A stretch of 64,000 nt of DNA. Origin: Nitrosopumilus sp. GTDB taxonomy: Archaea; Thermoproteota; Nitrososphaeria; Nitrososphaerales; Nitrosopumilaceae. The position numbers were made by a program, and so were the translations under genes. Under the pieces are notes generated by a model that saw only the letters and a program-made list of their open reading frames with translations, made no database searches and had not been told where the DNA came from. Position 1 is the first letter of the stretch. Each line of letters opens with the position of its first letter. Below are positions 1 to 10,360 of the stretch, one piece after another. The stretch lies in assembly GCA_965238275.1 (NCBI GenBank), contig OZ250186.1, forward strand, positions 288,001 to 352,000, written 5' to 3'.

Positions 1-564
1 CGGATGCTGTATACAAATTATGGGAATGACGGGTGTTTTTACATGAATGCTGGGGGGCCAGCCCCCCAGACCCCCCGAAGGAGGATTATGCACGTCACCC
101 CGCGGGGCAAAAAGCCATTTTTCTGCTGATCCGGCAGGATTCTACTCGCAGGTAATGCTTAAGAAGACAAAAAACATACCCAAAGTGACAAGTTGGACGC
201 AAAACCTGGATAAGTCCGGGGATGGGTTAACATAGATGTGGATCCCAACCAACATCCATCCAACCAATACGTGTCAGATCACCCGATTTGAACAGAGTCT
301 CCATGGCCAACACAAGATCATCAGATCCACATGCCTTTCGTTTTATTTGGAACGAATTTTGGCGTGTCGCTATACATCAGGTCCTATGTCAACGAGCATT
401 CGAAGTCACTTCACAGGTAGCCGATAGACCAGCGATGGGTCAAGCAGCAGAGTCCGGATGTTTCGTTCATGATACCCGGTGTTTCCGCTAACATCAGGCA
501 AAATTTTGCCTAAAGTTACACCGTTCCAGATATAACTCGGCAAAAAGACCACACGTAATCTCGG

Positions 565-1221
565 TTAGTCCATTTTTGCTGATTCCTTTTTTATGAGATC
601 TGCCAGATTCTTATAATCCTCCCTTTCCTTGTCCGTTGCATGTTCCTTGCCCGGCATTTCCCACATCAGCCACGTCAATACTACGCTTTCATGTTCCAAT
701 GCTTCCAGTCGTTCCTTGTTGTATTTTGAATCACTTTCCACAGCAGCGTGCCTTGCCGCGACCTTCGGATCCGGTTCTATCCGCAGCCTCTCGGTGTCTG
801 CTGCCATCATATTGTCATAACATTTCAGCAGATCGTCTTCTGCCTTGGCCTTATCCCTCTTTGCTCCCAGTTCATCACGCACCTTTCTAAATGCGTTATA
901 GTTGGCTCTTTCCTCATCTGTTCGTCTCCGAAATTCCGGTTTGGGTTTCCATGCCGGCTTGGATATGGTTTTGATGTTACTGGCTTTATCCGTGGTCTTT
1001 CTTTGTGGTTCGGATTCTTCCGATTTCATCTTCTTCAGTGCTTCCTCTACGGTTTCCTGTTTCCCGACAATGAATCCATCCGTGCGTTCAAATATTCGGA
1101 GTTGCATGCCCTTCTCGATTTCCAGTCTTCCTGCAAGTTGTTTTGGTATTGTGAGTACCAAGCTGGTGTTGTTTGTCGTTACGGTGCGTATCCAGTCTCT
1201 TGCGATCTTCTTTTTTGCCAT
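565..1221 (-). CDS. AbrB/MazE/SpoVT-domain protein with charged helical C-terminal extension
   Basis: N-terminal SLVLTIPKQLAGRLEIEKGMQLRIF matches the swapped-hairpin AbrB pattern; ATG at 1221 with an AT-rich TATA-like region upstream. Confidence 0.7.
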   Translation of the reverse strand: MAKKKIARDWIRTVTTNNTSLVLTIPKQLAGRLEIEKGMQLRIFERTDGFIVGKQETVEEALKKMKSEESEPQRKTTDKASNIKTISKPAWKPKPEFRRRTDEERANYNAFRKVRDELGAKRDKAKAEDDLLKCYDNMMAADTERLRIEPDPKVAARHAAVESDSKYNKERLEALEHESVVLTWLMWEMPGKEHATDKEREDYKNLADLIKKESAKMD

Positions 1222-2050
1222 ACGCACGTCTTGTTTTTGACCAATTATAAGGATTTCTCAATTACATGTGTTTTACATGTAAAAAATAAGATTTGCAATA
1301 TACTATTTTTCTTATTCCCCCAATATTCTGTCAAAAACAGGTGTTAAATTCTGTCAAAATAAGACCAGTGATTCAACACCGTCTCTTAAACTGAACCAGA
1401 CTGAGTAGATCCAGTCAACCATTTGCCCCCTTCGGTGGTTTGTCCGGAAGCAACACGACGTATTACATTTGTAATACGGTGTTACATTCAAGAACTGACT
1501 GCCTGGATTTCAAGATTGTGATCCGATAATCCCCAACTTAGCCATACATCTTGTTCTTTCCCTGTCACGTCATTGAGATCCATACGGTGTCACTTCTTCG
1601 TAAGCAATTTTGGCACGTCGTTTTCCTGTTCCATCCCTCTGGTCCTTTCAGCCTGTCTCTGGTAGACCGGGTACACGCCTGGTAGCTGTCAACATGGCAG
1701 CCCGGGTACAGTCATACTTCTTGACTATGTCCTGAAACCCTGTCATTGTCTCTAGCCCGGTTTGTATTGAGAACTCTGTCCTCATGTCCTGTCCCCTGTT
1801 CCGGCCTTATCGACATAGACGTGGTTGGCGGCCTGGTAGATGTGATCAGATTCATACCAGACAGGGTACCAGAGGACAAAAACACCCTAGAGAACTTTGT
1901 ACATTTCAGATCTGTTCAACACCAGATTCGAGTAATATTCCGCCTCGGCTGTAGTCTCGGATTTCGCTTCGCGTTGGAGGTCGGCCTCCGGCTCCGCCTC
2001 CGGCCTCTCCCGGAACCGTCACCAGTAACCACCCCCACGAACGCCGCTAG

Positions 2051-2102
2051 GTCCCACACACAGCTCCCAGACACCGTTGCCCCATACGAGTCCCACACAC
2101 GA
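2051..2102. repeat. Four tandem degenerate 13-nt units
   Basis: gtcccacacacag / ctcccagacaccg / ttgccccatacga / gtcccacacacga. Confidence 0.6.
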
Positions 2103-2174
2103 GTATGGAGCCATCCCCATGATGTATCATTCGCTCCTACGGAATATCATGGAATCATTCCACTATGGAGTAAT

Positions 2175-2471
2175 ATCAGGCTCCGTTTGACTAGTGTCTG
2201 ACTACGTCAGACTATGTGTCGGGCTCCGCCCGACTAAGGTCCAACAAGGTTGGACTATAGACGGCCTACGGCCGTCTGAGAGCACGCCCCCCCTTGTTCT
2301 AGTGTCCGGCAAAGCCGGACTATGGTACGGCCATAAGGCCGTACATGTACATGAGATTCTCTTAGAGAATCTCTGGGCTCGGCCCTTGGGGGCCGTAGAA
2401 CCGGCCTTGTGGCCGGATGGTATAGAATCCCATCACGGGATTCACGGTACAGTCAAGCCTTATGGCTTGAC
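2175..2471. repeat. Tandem array of short hairpins (6-9 bp stems, mostly 3-5 nt loops)
   Basis: Stems at 2175-2191, 2196-2212, 2218-2234, 2239-2255, 2259-2277, 2279-2300, 2304-2320, 2325-2344, 2353-2373, 2380-2395, 2401-2416, 2425-2443, 2452-2471; each has a different stem sequence. Confidence 0.9.
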
Positions 2472-2718
2472 ATGGATCCATTGGCAGTTCACGGTTGAGA
2501 TATGCTCTTTGTGTGCGCAGACAACCGACGCCGAAGCCGGAAGAGGCATCGCAGCCATAAGAGATGCCGTCAGTAAGAGCCAAAAACCCAAAAAACGAAT
2601 AAAGATTCCGGCAAAGACAGTTACGCTCCTAACTTTTCAAATCTCGGCGTACGGGATTGATTGTAATCCGGCAATGATTTTCGTGTTCCCCCGCATCCAT
2701 GACAGTACTCACATACAA

Positions 2719-5700
2719 TTAGAATGTGCGGTAATCCAATATGGATTTGCCTGACTGTGCGTCGTCAGGCGGCACCGTGCCCGGCGGGACGTCATTTGAT
2801 GATGAGTCGTGCGGTGGCGGATCACCGTCTACCGGCGTATCATCTGATGGTTCATCATCAGGCCGTATGTCAGAATCATCACTTGACGGCGGATCGTCAT
2901 TTGGTGGCGGATCGCCAGTGTCGAATTCATCCGCGTCGGAATCCTCGGGTTCCGTATCCTCAGGCTTGGCAGACGTAATGATTCGCGTCTCACCGCCCTC
3001 ATGATCCATTATGAACGCCGTGACTTTTTCCTTTATCGGACCTTCCCCTATCCTGTCGTATTCATCTTCAAGTTCCTTGTTGAACGACCACGCGTGGTAT
3101 TCACTGAATCCGGATTCGACCCATTTTTGCATGTTCTGCCCTGCGAGCTCGGGGTGGGAATCAACTTTTCCCTCTGGCTCTATCCTCACGGATATCGGGC
3201 TGTCGGTGTTGTAGTCGTACGCGACCATGTCTATGTGGTGCCAGTCGTTTCGTCCAAGCTGAACCGCCATCTCCAGAAAAAACCCTTTCCCTAAATAATA
3301 TTCGGAGACTATGGGGATTGCCTCCTTTATGTCCAGCGTCTTGCCCACCTCGTTGGAGCCGAAGGACAACTTGCCCATTGCAAAATCCGTGAGGCTGTAT
3401 TTGCCCTTGCGTCCCTCATCTTGGGTTACAAGTTTGGCACCTATCATCTCCTTCAATATGTCAGCTATCTCGTCCCGTGCGCGCGTGCCAGAGATAGGCT
3501 TGTTCTGCGGGTTGTACAGCTCTGTTATGGCTGTCAAGCTGAACTGCCTGTGTTGCAGTATCCTCATGATGTGCCAGTGGTCGTGCGACGGGATCCGTTT
3601 GTCTGCCACGCTCATCTTCCAGCGATTCTTTTCCATTTTCTTGGCATCGAGCATCGATATTTCCGGTTCCCGGTTCATGTAGAGTTTCTTTTGAGACTGT
3701 ATGAATTCTTTCCATTCCTCGTCGGATATGTTGGAACGGCAGACCTCGTCTGCGACCGGGTCAAAGTGCGTCCAGAACTGCACCGGCAGCGGCATCTCTT
3801 GCCCGGCTTCCGGCGCTATCCTGGCAATCCAGTGGTGTTTTGGCTGCGTCGCTATCTTTTCCTTGATCTCGTTGGCGTATTTTGGATCCCACGCCGACGC
3901 CAGCCTCTGGGCGTCGTTACCCTCGAGATGCCCCGCCATCTGCAGCCCGAAGTTCGTGGTTATGCTGCTGAGTTTGTTGTCATCCAATTGTTTGAGGTTT
4001 TGGTGCGCGAGTATCAGCCCGAGGCCCTTTGATCTTGCCTGCGATATCATCGTCTCCAGCACCCCTATGCTCTTTATCTTTTGGAACTCGTCGAGCGCGA
4101 GCACTACCTGCGTCCTGTCCTTTATTGATACCGTGGACGAACGGAACGAGACCTCGAACCACAGTTTCATGACGAAAGCCTGCATTGCAATGCCTATCTT
4201 GTCAAGCCCGATATCTGACTCGCTGAACCTTACCACGGTGTAGTGCCCAGGCCTGATCAAATCGCGGAAATTTATCGTCGACTTGCGCCTGCAGAACATC
4301 TGCCTCATCGTGTTGCTCACGACGAATTTCTCCAGTCTGTTCAGTACGGGCTCGAACGACTTTGCGTCCATGTCTGCAATCGACTGGAGCGCCATGTCCA
4401 GATCTCCGCTTGGCTCTCCTAGCGCGTCGTACATCACGCGCAGATAGTTCTTATCTGTCTGGATGTTCTGGATCATCTCGTACATGTCCTTGAAAGTCGG
4501 CTTGTCTTCCCCGACGTACAGGAAGAGCAGCAGGCTGTGCAGGATGCGGTTCATCCGGACGAACGCGTCCGAGTTGCCGTACCAGCCCTTGATCATGTCG
4601 AAAAAGTACCCCACGTACAGGTCCACGATTGCGTCCCTGTCCTCCTTATCGTACGGCGGCAACTCCAGCGGGTTGAGCGTAAAGTAGGTCTTTGACGGAT
4701 CCAGGTAATGTATCTTGTCGCCGTATATGGTGGAGCGTTCACACTGCCGGAGCAAGAACTCGGTGTCGTCGCCCTTTGGGTCGAAATAAATACAGGCGTT
4801 GGACCAGCCTATGCCGAGCTCCCTGAGGGTCTTGTTCTGGTCGAGATCGGCCAGGAGTTTCTTTGTTTCCATGTCGCACGGGATCATCCTCACAGGCACG
4901 TCCTGCCGAAGAGAAGCGTACAGGTTTGCCATCTCCAGATGTTTAAACATCACCTTGATTATGGAACTCTTGCCGCTGCCTGTTCCGCCTGACACGTATA
5001 CGTGGCATGCAAAATCATCTGGGGACATGGTGACTGCATCGATGGCGCTGGGGGCGTATTCTCGTCCAAACTGCCTGTAATATTCTTCCTGGTTGAAGGT
5101 GTTCTGTGGTTCAAATCTTCCTATGTTGAACCCCGGTTTGTTTATCTGCTGCGACGGCAGGACGGCGCCCCGCGTGGTGCTGATGTTGGGGGTGGACGGC
5201 TTCGGCAGGTGTATGTATGTCGGCATCTCGTTTGGAAGCGCTATTATGAACGGCGGCGAGCGGCGCGGCTTGTAAGAGCCCATCATTCCCTTGCGCATGT
5301 AATTGTCAAATATCTCGTAGCCGAACTTTCGCACGTCTGGGAGCAGGCGGAATGGGAACATGTCTATGCGCTGTCTCATCGTGTGCTGCTGCTCGACGTT
5401 GATGTAATCGGCCTTGTCGAGATTGCGGTTGAAGAAAGACGAGTGCCTGTACTTGAACGTCGTGAGGTAGTCGTAGGCGCACCTGATTGGTTCGAACGAT
5501 ATGGAGCCCATCACGTTGATGTCTGATATCGTCCCGGTATCCACGAGTCCGCGTATCGAGACCATCGTGTGCGGCCCCTGTCGTTTTTTGACGGCATCGG
5601 CATGGAGTGTAGGATAGTTGGTTTGAAAGTCGCCGTTTGCCTCCGGGTGCTCCTTCCTTGCTTCGGGTTTCGGCTTTCCGCTGAAGTTGATCTTCATGCC

Positions 5701-6282
5701 GTCAAGGATGCTGCCTCCTGTAATGTTCTTCTGTATCTTGCTGCGGTGGGCGCTGATAATATTCACGTGCCTGTTGAGGAAATACGTAAAGTCGTACTTG
5801 CAAAATACGACCTGCACCCACGCGGACTGGGCGCCCTGTATGGTGTTGGCGATGTTGGACAGCACCCACTGGGCCTCGTCTTCCTTGAACGCGGCAGTGT
5901 AGTGGCCGTGGTAATATCCGACGTCGAATATCTTGTATGGTATGGTCTTGTCATAGAAATCAGGATCAGGTTTTTCAAGCGGGATTATTTGGGCCCCGGG
6001 GTACATGTTGAGGAATGCCTGTTTGTATATTTGCGCGTCATCAGGCACCGTGACAATCACTATTTTGAGTTTCTTGGTCTCCCCGTCCCACCATATCTCG
6101 AACGATCTCACGGTGTCCGATGCCAGGCCGGCCGCGGCGTGCTTGATCATGTTCTCGTCGGAGTTGAGCGGTACCAATACTTCCATCGCCTTGCGCTCGG
6201 CGCCTTGGCCGATAAAGTCGGTTATCCCGTCCAGCCTGCCTTTCTGCTTGCGCGCGTTTGATATACTCCAAGTGTTACCCAT
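2719..6282 (-). CDS. VirD4/TraD/HerA-like (FtsK-HerA superfamily) ATPase, conjugative coupling-protein-like, with C-terminal wHTH, nuclease-like segment and acidic tail
   Basis: Walker A HVYVSGGTGSGKS, YFDPKGD, Walker B LALDEFQ, ARSKGLGLILAHQ; 1187 aa. Confidence 0.8.
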   Translation of the reverse strand: MGNTWSISNARKQKGRLDGITDFIGQGAERKAMEVLVPLNSDENMIKHAAAGLASDTVRSFEIWWDGETKKLKIVIVTVPDDAQIYKQAFLNMYPGAQIIPLEKPDPDFYDKTIPYKIFDVGYYHGHYTAAFKEDEAQWVLSNIANTIQGAQSAWVQVVFCKYDFTYFLNRHVNIISAHRSKIQKNITGGSILDGMKINFSGKPKPEARKEHPEANGDFQTNYPTLHADAVKKRQGPHTMVSIRGLVDTGTISDINVMGSISFEPIRCAYDYLTTFKYRHSSFFNRNLDKADYINVEQQHTMRQRIDMFPFRLLPDVRKFGYEIFDNYMRKGMMGSYKPRRSPPFIIALPNEMPTYIHLPKPSTPNISTTRGAVLPSQQINKPGFNIGRFEPQNTFNQEEYYRQFGREYAPSAIDAVTMSPDDFACHVYVSGGTGSGKSSIIKVMFKHLEMANLYASLRQDVPVRMIPCDMETKKLLADLDQNKTLRELGIGWSNACIYFDPKGDDTEFLLRQCERSTIYGDKIHYLDPSKTYFTLNPLELPPYDKEDRDAIVDLYVGYFFDMIKGWYGNSDAFVRMNRILHSLLLFLYVGEDKPTFKDMYEMIQNIQTDKNYLRVMYDALGEPSGDLDMALQSIADMDAKSFEPVLNRLEKFVVSNTMRQMFCRRKSTINFRDLIRPGHYTVVRFSESDIGLDKIGIAMQAFVMKLWFEVSFRSSTVSIKDRTQVVLALDEFQKIKSIGVLETMISQARSKGLGLILAHQNLKQLDDNKLSSITTNFGLQMAGHLEGNDAQRLASAWDPKYANEIKEKIATQPKHHWIARIAPEAGQEMPLPVQFWTHFDPVADEVCRSNISDEEWKEFIQSQKKLYMNREPEISMLDAKKMEKNRWKMSVADKRIPSHDHWHIMRILQHRQFSLTAITELYNPQNKPISGTRARDEIADILKEMIGAKLVTQDEGRKGKYSLTDFAMGKLSFGSNEVGKTLDIKEAIPIVSEYYLGKGFFLEMAVQLGRNDWHHIDMVAYDYNTDSPISVRIEPEGKVDSHPELAGQNMQKWVESGFSEYHAWSFNKELEDEYDRIGEGPIKEKVTAFIMDHEGGETRIITSAKPEDTEPEDSDADEFDTGDPPPNDDPPSSDDSDIRPDDEPSDDTPVDGDPPPHDSSSNDVPPGTVPPDDAQSGKSILDYRTF

Positions 6283-7295
6283 CAGGGATTACCCCCATGA
6301 AAAAGATGGTTCGCTGAATTACGGGGAATTGTACACAAAGGCTGCACAGCCTCCGGCTGCAGGCGCCTGCCTTTGTCCGATGCCCCGGCGGTTCCTCCCG
6401 TGTTTGGCACCTGCACGACCTTACTTGAGGCGTCGGAGCGGCCGAGTTCAAGTTGCATCCGGATCCTCGCGCATTTCGTCTGCCTTTCCTGCGACCGCCC
6501 GAGCGCAGGCCCATGGGTATTTTTTGCCGTATTGGCATCGGCGTGTCTGCATGAAACGCAAAGAGATCCCCCCTGTCCCGGGTTTTTCTATCAGCCCTTC
6601 TGCAGGCATCACACGCGTCGCCGGCGTTGTGCGGTGGGACATGGATTGTTTTTGCGGCAGCGCGTACGGCCCCGTGGACAACACCAAGCATGGCAGCGCA
6701 TTGCCGCCCGCCCGCCCGCATCAAATCATGCACGTGCCACACGGGAACCAGATTCCCGCATGGATCACGGCATGTCATCGGGTCTGCCAAGTTTTCCTTT
6801 ACGGTAAAATTGAAAAGGCGCCTGTGACAAACGACGATGCCGTAAATCTTCTTGAATATCTCCGGGAATTGCCTAGCGTCGGGGATGCTCATATGGGTAA
6901 TGGCACGTTGAGCACGATCATTCAGATATGTGGTACCGTTTTGTACCGTAGTTTTTTTCATTTATGTTGTATGTTACCACACCAGATATTTAAATCTGTA
7001 AAAATTCAAAAATTCATAAATTTGCTTGATTTGGCCCATGTTAACTGTCCCAAGATATGCGCACGGGGTTAGACAAATACGCAAGTAGTCCTGATGAGGC
7101 AATGGCCAGGGCCATAACACAGGTAGCCGATAGCGTCTTGCCTGATATGGTAGAATCTGTTCGTGTGACGACATAGAATCTATTTGTGCTTGTCGAGCCT
7201 GCACTGAAGATCAAAAATTCGTGCACGGCATCATGTATTTTCTGCCGGCAAGTTTGGGAAGAACGAGCATGAACCTGTCGGTTTGATGGCATAAT

Positions 7296-9076
7296 AGAGA
7301 ATATGCGTAATCCCCTATTCACATCGATAAATTTAGATCAGGCACGATCGCGTCTCACATCAAATGCCAGACTCGCCTGATCAGATCATATCCAAGTTAC
7401 AGCAGGAAAACAAAAGCCTAAAAAATATTCTAAATCAAAAAGACAAAAAGCTGGAGCAGAAAGACAAAAAGCTGGAGCAGAAAGACAAAAGCCTAAAAAA
7501 TATTCTAAAGCAGAAAGACAAAAAGCTGGAGCAGAAAGACAAAAAGTTGGAGCAGAAAGACAGGGAGCTGGGCCTTGAGCGCGGCCTGTGGAAGAGCAGG
7601 GACGATGGCTGGAACCCCGGCAAGGGACCCGCGCTGCACCTGCTAGAGGTGCTAGACGGCATAATACGCGACGGGGACAAGCTCCGTCAGGCCACGCTGG
7701 CAGACGGGGAACAGTTCCGGTACATGCTGGAGCGGGCCAAGGTATTCCTGGTGCATTCGGGCCAGATGCCGCTGTTCCGCGATAACGCATCCCGGGCATC
7801 CGATCCCGGAAACCGGTGCAAGCTGTACCTGAGGCACGCGCTGCTCATGGCACTTGTCCACAAAAAGGACAACCCCGCCCAGGGCGTGCTTGCCGCGTTC
7901 TTCGGGATAGACCAGACCACCGTGTCCCGGTACCTTCCGGTGATGGACGCGATGCTGGCAGGAATACTCCCGACGGCAGACAACATATCCGAGGAGGTAG
8001 CTGCCGCCCCGACCAAGGAGGATTTCAAGAAGATCGTGCCCGGGCCAGACGGGGGCGAGATATTCATAGACGGCACGCGCTGCTCATGGCACTTGTCCAC
8101 AAAAAGGACAACCCCGCCCAGGGCGTGCTTGCCGCGTTCTTCGGGATAGACCAGACCACCGTGTCCCGGTACCTTCCGGTGATGGACGCGATGCTGGCAG
8201 GAATACTCCCGACGGCAGACAACATATCCGAGGAGGTAGCTGCCGCCCCGACCAAGGAGGATTTCAAGAAGATCGTGCCCGGGCCAGACGGGGGCGAGAT
8301 ATTCATAGACGGCACGCACTGCCCCATACAGCGCCCGTCTGTAAAGTCAGTCCGGCGCATGAAATACTCCGGCAAGAAGAAAAAGTTCACCAATAACACC
8401 AACGTGTACACCAACCAGAACGGGGTGGTGATCGGCATGTCAAAAAGCACCGTCGGGTCAGTCGGCGACATCACGCTGCTCAAGGAACGCCCCATGCCGT
8501 TTGGAAAGTGGGAGAAGGCGATGCACGATCCGGACCTGCCAGAATCAGACAGGTGCCACCCCTTCGTCGACCGCGGCTACCAGGGAATCGCAGACCACCT
8601 GCCCGGCACCACGCCGGAGATCCCGTACAAGAAGACCAAAAAGACGCCGCTGACGCCGGAGCAAAAAAAGCACAACCACAGGATCAACTCCACCCGGGTG
8701 TTGGTGGAGCACACGATAGGCAGGCTCAAGCGCTACGCGCGTCTTGCCGACCCGTACGACGGCAACGCAGCCGGGTTCAACAGGGAGTTCAACGTGATCA
8801 CCGGGCTGGTAAACCTGAACCTTTTGTGGGACTGCATGGAAAAGGGTCCGCCGCCACCGGGGCAGTGGAAGACGTCAGTAGACTGGGACAGGGCCTGCTC
8901 CGAAGCTCCGGTCAAGTAGAATTCAGGGCACGATGAAGTGCTGCAAGGCTGCGCACGTCATTTTGGATTTTGGGGTGAACAGACTTGCCACATACACGAC
9001 ACGAGCAGTTTTAGGCCGTATTTTTCCGGTTTTTTATGGCCGGGTTGGCAAAATGGGTGGATTACGCATATCTTCT
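7296..9076 (+). mobile_element. IS5-family (ISL2/Harbinger-like) element, copy 1
   Basis: TIRs agagaatatgcgtaatcc / ggattacgcatatcttct; 3-bp TSD AAT (7293-7295, 9077-9079). Confidence 0.88.
7364..8919 (+). pseudogene. DDE_Tnp_4-type transposase, frameshifted by an internal 239-bp tandem duplication
   Basis: IFIDGTHCPIQRP, YSGKKK, VDRGYQG, VEHTIGRLK motifs; split into ORFs 7364-8149 and 7816-8919; intact paralog at 58836-60035. Confidence 0.88.
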
Positions 9077-9084
9077 AATGAGAT

Positions 9085-9748
9085 ATGAACGACACCAAAC
9101 GGGAAGAACTCGAAAAGGCGTGCAAAAAGGAAAAGGACCACAAGGTCCGGGCCAGGATGGTCGCGGTTCGCATGATTCGCGTGCTCAACATGTCCGTGGA
9201 GGAGACTGCCAGCATTCAGGCACGTTGTCCCACCTGGGTCCGTAACTGGCTGCGTCGCTACGACAACGGGGGCCTGGAAGGCCTCTGGGATCTTCCCAGA
9301 TGCGGACGGTCCAGAAGAATCCCGCAAAACGTCATGGAAAACATGATTGCAAACGTGGCCGGTCCCCGCATCACCCCGGTGGGGCTGCAGCAGTACATAC
9401 GGGCGCAGACTCACTAATCTTCACATCACGTACATTCGAAAGATCATGCATCAGTACGACCTGTCCCCAAAGGTAGCACAAAAGATACACATCAACAGGG
9501 CAGGCAGAAAAGCAGTCTGGAACTGGTGATACCGCCTCAAACGGCGGATTTCGTGTCTGGAAAGGGAGGGATTTGCCGTAATCATGCAAGACAAGGCGTT
9601 TTTCATACACGACACCGTGTCCAGCCAAAAGTATTGGTCTCCCAAGGGCAGACGGATAAACGTGCCATACACCGGAAGCCATAGGAAGGTCACCATATAC
9701 GGGTCACTTACCCTGGACGGCAGACAGTTCTTCGGATGTACGACCCAC
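9085..9748 (+). pseudogene. IS630-family transposase remnant
   Basis: HTH N-terminus (VRNWLRRYDNGGLEGLWDLPRCGR), then stops/frameshifts, then MQDKAFF...YTGSHRKVTIYG; truncated. Confidence 0.8.
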
Positions 9749-10360
9749 TGGTGTAGCCGCGTCTTCGCGGCCGTGCATCGGAGATTACTATGGACTCGTC
9801 CTGTATCGCTACGACTGTCCCTTCGCTGTTCTTTTTTTTATAAGCTCTGGCAGCTCTTTTTGGAATTTCCTGATCTCCTCGTCAGGTGCCCTTCTTGCAT
9901 GCTTTCCTACCGGGACCTTCTGGGAGTAGCCCCAGCTCCGCAGCATGTACCGCACGTGCGTGAGGTTGTACTTTACCCCCGTCTTCTGCCTGATGTATTC
10001 CCGCATCTCCCTGCCCGTCCAGATCAGCTTACTGCGCGCGTTTTTCCGAATCCGCCCCATGTCTGTCCTGCTTACCTTGGTCGGCCTGCCGGAGCGCGGA
10101 AGGTTTCCCAGCCTGTCAAAGCCGACTTCCCGATAGCGTTTGTGCCACTTGTAGCCCCACGCCGGCGACTTGCCAAGGGATTTTGCAGCATCGCTCATGG
10201 CTGCTCCATCGCGCTTGATCATGATTATCAGCATCATGCGATCCTTGACATTGCAGTCTTTCTCAGCGGCGTATCTTTTCAACATCGTCTTGATCTTCAT
10301 TGACTATGTGATTCGGGATGAGCATAACACTGCATGCGAAAAAAATCTTTTACAATCGTA
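9749..10360 (-). pseudogene. Truncated IS630-family element (N-terminal ORF 9809-10300 plus start of DDE domain)
   Basis: Close paralog of 57251-58230, including the A8 slippery tract; cut off shortly after the QDES motif. Confidence 0.82.

Noticed and set aside
496-511. Perfect 16-bp palindrome aggcaaaattttgcct
   Set aside because: Isolated, has an A/T-run core and no supporting context.
2175-2471. CRISPR array interpretation of the hairpin array
   Set aside because: No constant repeat, no spacers and no cas genes in the window.
1746-2754. ORFs 1746-2201 and 2194-2754
   Set aside because: No recognisable motifs; they run through repeats and hairpins and are probably spurious.
6005-7072. 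ORFs 6275-6961 (-) and 6005-7072 (+)
   Set aside because: Arg/Cys/Pro-rich composition and no motifs; cannot support either as a gene.
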